This document shows, one piece after another, positions 53,701 to 64,000 of a DNA stretch of 64,000 nt. The notes beneath the pieces are model-generated. The model saw only the letters and a list, made by a program, of their open reading frames with translations, had not been told where the DNA came from and did not search any database. The DNA comes from Eledone cirrhosa. Its lineage: Eukaryota. The stretch's first letter is position 1. Each line of letters starts with the position of its first letter. A program made the translations under genes and the position numbers. The stretch spans positions 52,328,001 through 52,392,000 of the forward strand of contig OZ024751.1 in assembly GCA_964016885.1 (NCBI GenBank). Direction: 5' to 3'.

Positions 53701-56700
53701 GTACTGTGGTGGGGGTGGGGGTGTTACTGTGATGGTGGTGTGTTACAGTGGAGATATAGCTGTACTGTGGTGGGGGGGGGGTTACTGTGATGGTGGTGTG
53801 TTACAGTGGAGATATCGCTGTACTGTGGTGGGGGTGGGGGGGTTACTGTGGTGGTCCTGTGTTACAGTGGAGACATAGCTGTACTGTGGTGGGGGTGGGG
53901 GTGTTACTGTGGTGGTGGTGTGTTACAGTGGAGATATAGCTGTACTGTGGTGGGGTGTGGGGTGGTTACTGTGGTGGTGGTGTGTTACATTGGAGATATA
54001 GCTGTACTGTGGTGGGTGTGGGGGTGTTACTGTGGTGGTGGTGTGTTACAGTGGAGATCTAGCTGTACTGTGGTGGGGGTGGGGGTGTTACTGTGATGGT
54101 GGTGTGTTACAGTGGAGATATAGCTGTGGTGGGGGGTGGGGGTGTTACTGTGATGGTGGTGTGTTACAGTGGAGATATAGCTGTACTGTGGTGGGGGGGG
54201 GTTACTGTGTTGGTGGTGTGTTACAGTGGAGAGATAGCTGTACTGTGGTGGGGGTGGGGGTGTTACTGTGGTGGTGGTGTGTTACAGTGGAGATATACCT
54301 TACTGTGGTGGGGTTGGGGAGTTACTGTGATGGTGGTGTGTTATAGTGGAGATACAGCTGTACTGTGGTGGGGGTGGGGGTGTTACTGTGGTGGTGGTGT
54401 GTTACAGTGGAGATATAGCTGTACTGTGGTGGGGGTGGGGGTGTTACTGTGGTGGTGGTGTGTTACAGTGGAGATCTAGCTGTACTGTGGTGGGGGTGGG
54501 GTGTTACTGTGATGGTGGTGTGTTACAGTGGAGATATACCTTACTGTGGTGGGGGATGGGGTGTTACTGTGATGGTGGTGTGTTACAGTGGAGATCTAGC
54601 TGTACTGTGGTGGGGGTGGGGGTGTAACTGTGATGGTGGTGTGTTATAGTGGAGATATAGCTGTACTGTGGTGGGGGGGTGGGGTTTTACTGTGATGGTG
54701 GTGTGTTACAGTGGAGATATAGCTGTACTGTGGTGGGGGTTTTACGGTGGTGGTGGTGTGTTACAGTGGAGATATAGCTGTACTGTGGTGGGGGTGGGGG
54801 TGTTACTGTGGTGGTGGTGTGTTACAGTGGAGATATACCTTACTGTGTTGGGGGTGGGGGGGGGGGGGTTTACTCTGGTGGTGGTGTGTTACAGTGGAGA
54901 TATAGCTGTGGTGGGGGGTGGGGGTGTTACTGTGATGGTGGTGTGTTACAGTGGAGATATAGCTGTACTGTGGTGGGGGTGGGGGGGTTACTGTGGTGGT
55001 GGTGTGTTACAGTGGAGATATAGCTGTACTGTGGTGGGGGTGGGGGGGGTTACTGTGGTGGTGGTCTGTTACAGTGGAGATATAGCTGTACTGTGGTGGG
55101 GGTGGGGTTGTTACTGTGATGGTGGTGTGTTACAGTGGAGATATAGCTGTACTGTGGTGGGGTGTGGGGGGGTTACTGTGATGGTGGTGTGTTACAGTGG
55201 AGATATAGCTGTACTGTGGTGGGGGTAGGGGTGTTACTGTGATGGTGGTGTGTTACAGTGGAGATATAGCTGTACTGTGGTGGGGGTGGGGGTGTTACTG
55301 TGATGGTGGTGTGTTACAGTGGAGATATAGCTGTACTGTGGTGGGGTGTGGGGGGGTTACTGTGATGGTGGTGTGTTACAGTGGAGATATAGCTGTACTG
55401 TGGTGGTGGTGGGGGGGTTACTGTGATGGTGGTGTGTTACAGTGGAGATATAGCTGTACTGTGGTGGGGTGTGGGGTGGTTACTGTGGTGGTGGTGTGTT
55501 ACAGTGGAGATCTAGCTGTACTGTGGTGGGGGTGTTACTGTGATGGTGGTGTGTTACAGTGGAGATATAGCTGTGGTGGGGGGTGGGGTGTTACTGTGAT
55601 GGTGGTGTGTTACAGTGGAGATATAGCTGTACTGTGGTGGGGGGGGGGGTTACTGTGGTGGTGGTGTGTTACAGTGGAGAGATAGCTGTACTGTGGTGGG
55701 GGTGGCGGTGTTACTGTGGTGGTGGTGTGTTACAGTGGAGATATACCTTACTGTGGTGGGGTTGGTGGGTTACTGTGATGGTGGTGTGTTATAGTTGAGA
55801 TACAGCTGTACTGTGGTGGGTGTGGGGGTGTTACTGTGGTGGTGGTGTGTTACAGTGGAGATATAGCTGTACTGTGGTGGGGGTGGGGGTGTTACTGTGG
55901 TGGTGGTGTGTTACAGTGGAGATATAGCTGTACTGTGGTGGGGGTGGGGCTGTTACTGTGGTGGTGGTGTGTTACAGTGGAGATATACCTTACTGTGGTG
56001 GGGGTGGGGGGGTTACTCTGGTGGTGGTGTGTTACAGTGGAGATATAGCTGTACTGTGGTGGGGGTGAGGTGTTACTGTGATGGTGGTGTGTTACAGTGG
56101 AGATATACCTTACTGTGGTGGGGGATGGGGTGTTACTGTGATGGTGGTGTGTTACAGTGGAGATCTAGCTGTACTGTGGTGGGGGTGGGGGTGTAACTGT
56201 GATGGTGGTTTGTTATAGTGGAGATATAGCTGTACTGTGGTGGGGGGTGGGGTGTTACCGTGATGGTGGTGTGTTACAGTGGAGATATAGCTGTACTGTG
56301 GTGGGGGTGTTACGGTGGTGGTGGTGTGTTACAGTGGAGATATAGCTGTGGTGGGGGTGGGGGTGTTACTGTGATGGTGGTGTGTTACAGTGGAGATATA
56401 GCGGAACCGTGGTGGGTGTGGGCGGGTGGGGTTACTGTGATGGTGGTGTGTTACAGTGGAGATATAGCTGTACTCTGTGGGGGTGGGGGTGTTACTGTGA
56501 TGGTGGTGTGTTATAGTGGAGATATAGCTGTACTCTGGTGGGGGTGGGGTGTTACTGTGATGGTGGTGTGTTACAGTGGAGATATCGCTGTACTGTGGTG
56601 GGGGTGGGGGGGTTACTGTGGTGGTCCTGTGTTACAGTGGAGACATAGCTGTACTGTGGTGGGGGTGGGGGTGTTACTGTGGTGGTGGTGTGTTACAGTG

Positions 56701-59700
56701 GAGATATAGCTGTACTGTGGTGGGGTGTGGGGTGGTTACTGTGGTGGTGGTGTGTTACATTGGAGATATAGCTGTACTGTGGTGGGTGTGGGGGTGTTAC
56801 TGTGGTGGTGGTGTGTTACAGTGGAGATCTAGCTGTACTGTGGTGGGAGTGGGGGTGTTACTGTGATGGTGGTGTGTTACAGTGGAGATATAGGTGTGGT
56901 GGGGGGTGGGGGTGTTACTGTGATGGTGGTGTGTTACAGTGGAGATATAGCTGTACTGTGGTGGGGGGGGGGGGTTACTGTGTTGGTGGTGTGTTACAGT
57001 GGAGAGATAGCTGTACTATGGTGGGGGTGGGGGTGTTACTGTGGTGGTGGTGTGTTACAGTGGAGATATACCTTACTGTGGTGGGGTTGGGGAGTTACTG
57101 TGATGGTGGTGTGTTATAGTGGAGATACAGCTGTACTGTGGTGGGGGTGGGGGTGTTACTGTGGTGGTGGTGTGTTACAGTGGAGATATAGCTGTACTGT
57201 GGTGGGGGTGGGGGTGTTACTGTGGTGGTGGTGTGTTACAGTGGAGATATAGCTGTACTGTGGTGGGGGTGGGGCTGTTACTGTGGTGGTGGTGTGTTAC
57301 AGTGGAGATATACCTTACTGTGGTGGGGGTGGGGGGGGGGGGTTACTCTGGTCGTGGTGTGTTACAGTGGAGATATAGCTGTACTGTGGTGGGGGTGGGG
57401 TGTTACTGTGATGGTGGTGTGTTACAGTGGAGATATACCTTACTGTGGTGGGGGATGGGGTGTTACTGTGATGGTGGTGTGTTACAGTGGAGATCTAGCT
57501 GTACTGTGGTGGGGGTGGGGGTGTAACTGTGATGGTGGTGTGTTATAGTGGAGATATAGCTGTACTGTGGTGGGGGGGTGGGGTTTTACTGTGATGGTGG
57601 TGTGTTACAGTGGAGATATAGCTGTACTGTGGTGGGGGTGTTACGGTGGTGGTGGTGTGTTACAGTGGAGATATAGCTGTACTGTGGTGGGGGTGGGGGT
57701 GTTACTGTGGTGGTGGTGTGTTACAGTGGAGATATACCTTACTGTGTTGGGGGTGGGGGGGGTTTACTCTGGTGGTGGTGTGTTACAGTGGAGATATAGC
57801 TGTGGTGGGGGGTGGGGGTGTTACTGTGATGGTGGTGTGTTACAGTGGAGATATAGCTGTACTGTGGTGGGGGTGGGGGGGTTACTGTGGTGGTGGTGTG
57901 TTACAGTGGAGATATAGCTGTACTGTGGTGGGGGTGGGGGGGGGGGGTTACTGTGGTGGTGGTCTGTTACAGTGGAGATATAGCTGTACTGTGGTGGGGG
58001 TGGGGTTGTTACTGTGATGGTGGTGTGTTACAGTGGAGATATAGCTGTACTGTGGTGGGGTGTGGGGGGGTTACTGTGATGGTGGTGTGTTACAGTGGAG
58101 ATATAGCTGTACTGTGGTGGGGGTAGGGGTGTTACTGTGATGGTGGTGTGTTACAGTGGAGATATAGCTGTACTGTGGTGGGGGTGGGGGTGTTACTGTG
58201 ATGGTGGTGTGTTACAGTGGAGATATAGCTGTACTGTGGTGGGGTGTGGGGGGGTTACTGTGATGGTGGTGTGTTACAGTGGAGATATAGGTGTGGTGGG
58301 GGGTGGGGGTGTTACTGTGATGGTGGTGTGTTACAGTGGAGATATAGCTGTACTGTGGTGGGGGGGGGGGTTACTGTGTTGGTGGTGTGTTACAGTGGAG
58401 AGATAGCTGTACTATGGTGGGGGTGGGGGTGTTACTGTGGTGGTGGTGTGTTACAGTGGAGATATACCTTACTGTGGTGGGGTTGGGGAGTTACTGTGAT
58501 GGTGGTGTGTTATAGTGGAGATACAGCTGTACTGTGGTGGGGGTGGGGGTGTTACTGTGGTGGTGGTGTGTTACAGTGGAGATATAGCTGTACTGTGGTG
58601 GGGGTGGGGGTGTTACTGTGGTGGTGGTGTGTTACAGTGGAGATATAGCTGTACTGTGGTGGGGGTGGGGCTGTTACTGTGGTGGTGGTGTGTTACAGTG
58701 GAGATATACCTTACTGTGGTGGGGGTGGGGGGGGGGTTACTCTGGTCGTGGTGTGTTACAGTGGAGATATAGCTGTACTGTGGTGGGGGTGGGGTGTTAC
58801 TGTGATGGTGGTGTGTTACAGTGGAGATATACCTTACTGTGGTGGGGGATGGGGTGTTACTGTGATGGTGGTGTGTTACAGTGGAGATATAGCTGTACTG
58901 TGGTGGGGGTGTTACGGTGGTGGTGGTGTGTTACAGTGGAGATATAGCTGTACTGTGGTGGGGGTGGGGGTGTTACTGTGGTGGTGGTGTGTTACAGTGG
59001 AGATATACCTTACTGTGTTGGGGGTGGGGGGGGTTTACTCTGGTGGTGGTGTGTTACAGTGGAGATATAGCTGTGGTGGGGGGTGGGGGTGTTACTGTGA
59101 TGGTGGTGTGTTACAGTGGAGATATAGCTGTACTGTGGTGGGGGTGGGGGGGTTACTGTGGTGGTGGTGTGTTACAGTGGAGATATAGCTGTACTGTGGT
59201 GGGGGTGGGGGGGGGGGGTTACTGTGGTGGTGGTCTGTTACAGTGGAGATATAGCTGTACTGTGGTGGGGGTGGGGTTGTTACTGTGATGGTGGTGTGTT
59301 ACAGTGGAGATATAGCTGTACTGTGGTGGGGTGTGGGGGGGTTACTGTGATGGTGGTGTGTTACAGTGGAGATATAGCTGTACTGTGGTGGGGGTAGGGG
59401 TGTTACTGTGATGGTGGTGTGTTACAGTGGAGATATAGCTGTACTGTGGTGGGGGTGGGGGTGTTACTGTGATGGTGGTGTGTTACAGTGGAGATATAGC
59501 TGTACTGTGGTGGGGTGTGGGGGGGTTACTGTGATGGTGGTGTGTTACAGTGGAGATATAGCTGTACTGTGGTGGGGGTGGGGGGGTTACTGTGATGGTG
59601 GTGTGTTACAGTGGAGATATAGCTGTACTGTGGTGGGGTGTGGGGTGGTTACTGTGGTGGTGGTGTGTTACAGTGGAGATCTAGCTGTACTGTGGTGGGG

Positions 59701-62700
59701 GTGTTACTGTGATGGTGGTGTGTTACAGTGGAGATATAGCTGTGGTGGGGGGTGGGGGTGTTACTGTGATGGTGGTGTGTTACAGTGGAGATATAGCTGT
59801 ACTGTGGTGGGGGGGGGGGGTTACTGTGGTGGTGGTGTGTTACAGTGGAGAGATAGCTGTACTGTGGTGGGGGTGGGGGTGTTACTGTGGTGGTGGTGTG
59901 TTACAGTGGAGATATACCTTACTGTGGTGGGGTTGGTGGGTTACTGTGATGGTGGTGTGTTATAGTTGAGATACAGCTGTACTGTGGTGGGTGTGGGGGT
60001 GTTACTGTGGTGGTGGTGTGTTACAGTGGAGATATAGCTGTACTGTGGTGGGGGTGGGGGTGTTACTGTGGTGGTGGTGTGTTACAGTGGAGATATAGCT
60101 GTACTGTGGTGGGGGTGGGGCTGTTACTGTGGTGGTGGTGTGTTACAGTGGAGATATACCTTACTGTGGTGGGGGTGGGGGGGTTACTCTGGTGGTGGTG
60201 TGTTACAGTGGAGATATAGCTGTACTGTGGTGGGGGTGAGGTGTTACTGTGATGGTGGTGTGTTACAGTGGAGATATACCTTACTGTGGTGGGGGATGGG
60301 GTGTTACTGTGATGGTGGTGTGTTTCAGTGGAGATATAGCTGTACTGTGGTGGGGGTGGGGGTGTAACTGTGATGGTGGTTTGTTATAGTGGAGATATAG
60401 CTGTACTGTGGTGGGGGGTGGGGTGTTACCGTGATGGTGGTGTGTTACAGTGGAGATATAGCTGTACTGTGGTGGGGGTGTTACGGTGGTGGTGGTGTGT
60501 TACAGTGGAGATATAGCTGTGGTGGGGGGTGGGGGTGTTACTGTGATGGTGGTGTGTTACAGTGGAGATATAGCGGAACCGTGGTGGGTGTGGGCGGGTG
60601 GGGTTACTGTGATGGTGGTGTGTTACAGTGGAGATATAGCTGTACTCTGTGGGGGTGGGGGTGTTACTGTGATGGTGGTGTGTTATAGTGGAGATATAGC
60701 TGTACTGTGGTGGGGGTGGGGTGTTACTGTGATGGTGGTGTGTTACAGTGGAGATATAGCTGTACTGTGGTGGGGGTGGGGGTGTTACTGTGGTGGTGGT
60801 GTGTTACAGTGGAGATATAGCTGTACTGTGGTGGGGGTGGGGGTGTTACTGTGGTGGTGGTGTGTTACAGTGGAGATATAGCTGTACTGTGGTGGGGGTG
60901 GGGGTGTTACTGTGATGGTGGTGTGTTACAGTGGAGATATAGCTGTGGTGGGGGGTGGGGGTGTTACTGTGATGGTGGTGTGTTACAGTGGAGATATAGC
61001 TGTACTGTGGTGGGGGGTGGGGTGTTACTGTGATGGTGGTGTGTTACAGTGGAGATATAGCTGTACTGTGGTGGGGGTGGGGGGGGGGGGTTACTGTGGT
61101 GGTGGTGAGTTACAGTGGAGATATAGCTGTACTGTGGTGGGGGGTGGGGTGTTACTGTGATGGTGGTGTGTTACAGTGGAGATATAGCTGTGGTGGGGGG
61201 TGGGGGTGTTACTGTGATGGTGGTGTGTTACAGTGGAGATATAGCTGTACTGTGGTGGGGGGTGGGGTGTTACTGTGATGGTGGTGTGTTACAGTGGAGA
61301 TATAGCTGTGGTGGGGGGTGGGGGTGTTACTGTGATGGTGGTGTGTTACAGTGGAGATATAGCTGTACTGTGGTGGGGGGTGGGGTGTTACTGTGATGGT
61401 GGTGTGTTACAGTGGAGATATAGCTGTACTGTGGTGGGGGGTGGGGTGTTACTGTGATGGTGGTGTGTTACAGTGGAGATATAGCTGTATTGTGGTGGGG
61501 GTGGGGGTGTTACTGTGGTGGTGGTGGTGTGTTACAGTGGAGATATAGCTGTACTGTGGTGGGGGTGGGGGTGTTACTGTGATGGTGGTGTGTTACAGTG
61601 GAGATATAGCTGTACTGTGGTGGGGGGGTGGGGTTACTGTGATGGTGGTGTGTTACAGTGGAGATATACCTTACTGTGGTGGGGTGGGGGGGTTACTGTG
61701 ATGGTGGTGTGTTATAGTGGAGATACAGCTGTACTGTGGTGGGGGTGGGGGTGTTACTGTGGTGGTGGTGTGTTACAGTGGAGATATACCTTACTGTGGT
61801 GGGGGGTGGGGTGTTACTGTGATGGTGGTGTGTTACAGTGGAGATATACCTTACTGTGGTGGGGTGGGGGGGTTACTGTGATGGTGGTGTGTTATAGTGG
61901 AGATACAGCTGTACTGTGGTGGGGGTGGGGGTGTTACTGTGATGGTGGTGTGTTACAGTGGAGATATAGCTGTACTGTGGTGGGGGTGGGGGTGTCACTG
62001 TGGTGGTGGTGTGTTACAGTGGAGATATAGCTGTACTGTGGTGGGGGTGGGGCTGTTACTGTGGTGGTGGTGTGTTACAGTGGAGATATACCTTACTGTG
62101 GTGGGGGGGGGGTTACTGTGGTGGTGGTGTGTTACAGTGGAGATATAGCTGTACTGTGGTGGGGGTGGGGTGTTACTGTGATGGTGGTGTGTTACAGTGG
62201 AGATATACCTTACTGTGGTGGGGGGTGGGGTGTTACTGTGATGGTGGTGTGTTACAGTGGAGATCTAGCTGTACTGTGGTGGGGGTGGGGCTGTTACTGT
62301 GATGGTGGTGTGTTACAGTGGAGATCTAGCTGTACTGTGGTGGGGGTGGGGCTGTTACTGTGATGGTGGTGTGTTACAGTGGAGATCTAGCTGTACTGTG
62401 GTGGGGGTAGGGCTGTTACTGTGATGGTGGTGTGTTACAGTGGAGATCTAGCTGTACTGTGGTGGGGGGGGGGTTACTGTGATGGTGGTGTGTTACAGTG
62501 GAGATATAGCTGTACTGTGGTGGGGGTGGGGGTGTTACTGTGGTGGTGGTGTGTTACAGTGGAGATATAGCTGTGGTGGGGGGTGGGGGTGTTACTGTGA
62601 TGGTGGTGTGTTACAGTGGAGATATAGCTGTACTGTGGTGGGGGTGGGGTGTTACTGTGATGGTGGTGTGTTACAGTGGAGATATAGCTGTACTGTGGTG

Positions 62701-64000
62701 GGGGTGGGGGTGTTACTGTGGTGGTGGTGTGTTACAGTGGAGATATAGCTGTACTGTGGTGGTGGTGGGGGTGTTACTGTGGTGGTGGTGTGTTACAGTG
62801 GAGATATAGCTGTGGTGGGGGGTGGGGTGTTACTGTGATGGTGGTGTGTTACAGTGGAGATATAGCTGTACTGTGGTGGGGGGTGGGGTGTTACTGTGAT
62901 GGTGGTGTGTTACAGTGGAGATATAGCTGTACTGTGGTGGGGGTGGGGGGGTTACTGTGGTGGTGGTGTGTTACAGTGGAGATATAGCTGTACTGTGGTG
63001 GGGGGTGGGGTGTTACTGTGATGGTGGTGTGTTACAGTGGACATATAGCTGTACTGTGGTGGGGGGGTGGGGTGTTACTGTGATGGTGGTGTGTTACAGT
63101 GGAGATATAGCTGTATTGTGGTGGGGGTGGGGGTGTTACTGTGGTGGTGGTGGTGTGTTACAGTGGAGATATAGCTGTACTGTGGTGGGGGTGGGGGTGT
63201 TACTGTGGTGGTGGTGTGTTACAGTGGAGATATAGCTGTACTGTGGTGGGGGTGGGGGTGTTACTGTGGTGGTGGTGTGTTACAGTGGAGATATACCTTA
63301 CTGTGGTGGGGGTGGGGGGGGGGTTACTGTGATGGTGGTGTGTTATAGTGGAGATACAGCTGTACTGTGGTGGGGGTGGGGGTGTTACTGTGGTGGTGGT
63401 GTGTTACAGTGGAGATATAGCTGTACTGTGGTGGGGTTGGGGCTGTTACTGTGGTGGTGGTGTGTTACAGTGGAGATATACCTTACTGTGGTGGGGGGGG
63501 GGGTTACTGTGGTGGTGGTGCGTTACAGTGGAGATATAGCTGTACTGTGGTGGGGGTGGGGTGTTACTGTGATGGTGGTGTGTTACAGTGGAGATATACC
63601 TTACTGTGGTGGGGGTGGGGTGTTACTGTGATGGTGGTGTGTTACAGTGGAGATCTAGCTGTACTGTGGTGGGGGTGGGGCTGTTACTGTGATTGTGGTG
63701 TGTTACAGTGGAGATCTAGCTGTACTGTGGTGGGGGTGGGGCTGTTACTGTGATGGCGGTGTGTTACAGTGGAGATATAGCTGTACTGTGGTGGGGGTGG
63801 GGGTGTTACTGTGGTGGTGGTGTGTTACAGTGGAGATATAGCGGAACCGTGGTGGGTGTGGGCGGGTGGGGTTACTGTGATGGTGGTGTGTTACAGTGGA
63901 GATATAGCTGTGGTGGGGGGTGGGGGTGATACTGTGATGGTGGTGTGTTACAGTGGAGATATAGCTCTACTGTGGTGGGGGTGGGGTGTTACTGTGATGG
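35715..64000 (+). repeat. G-rich ~61-bp minisatellite array, >28 kb, open at the window end
   Basis: Consensus GTTACTGTGATGGTGGTGTGTTACAGTGGAGATATAGCTGTACTGTGGTGGGGGTGGGGGT repeated continuously; about 470 units estimated from length. Confidence 0.99.

Noticed and set aside
35840-63753. Many Trp/Gly/Val/Cys-rich ORFs (VVCYSGDIAVLWWG...)
   Set aside because: They are translations of the 61-bp minisatellite. Frames shift with G-run length and stops recur, so this is not a structural protein gene.
35715-64000. CRISPR-like or telomeric array
   Set aside because: No unique spacers, no cas genes and a eukaryotic intron context; no TTAGGG units.

Overview
Eukaryotic, AT- and microsatellite-rich genomic DNA. 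The SINE/RTE repertoire suggests a cephalopod, probably Octopus (inference). The window holds the 5' part of a MICAL gene ([F-actin]-methionine monooxygenase) on the + strand: 16 coding exons (11971-35683, 2550 nt, about 850 aa) with GT-AG introns in consistent phase, encoding the FAD monooxygenase, CH and LIM domains. The C-terminus lies beyond the window. About 30 bp after the last visible exon, a G-rich ~61-bp minisatellite begins and runs more than 28 kb to the window end, with kb-scale higher-order repeats. The nearly 200 short ORFs there are artefacts. Introns and upstream DNA carry two tRNA-derived SINE families, RTE and CRE-like LINE remnants and several MITEs. The most notable signal is a set of sequence-unrelated minimal type I hammerhead-ribozyme motifs (Penelope/retrozyme-like), three of them sense-oriented in MICAL intron 3. 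Several sit in fold-back palindromes inserted in (TA)n tracts. All coordinates were read by eye, so repeat boundaries are approximate.
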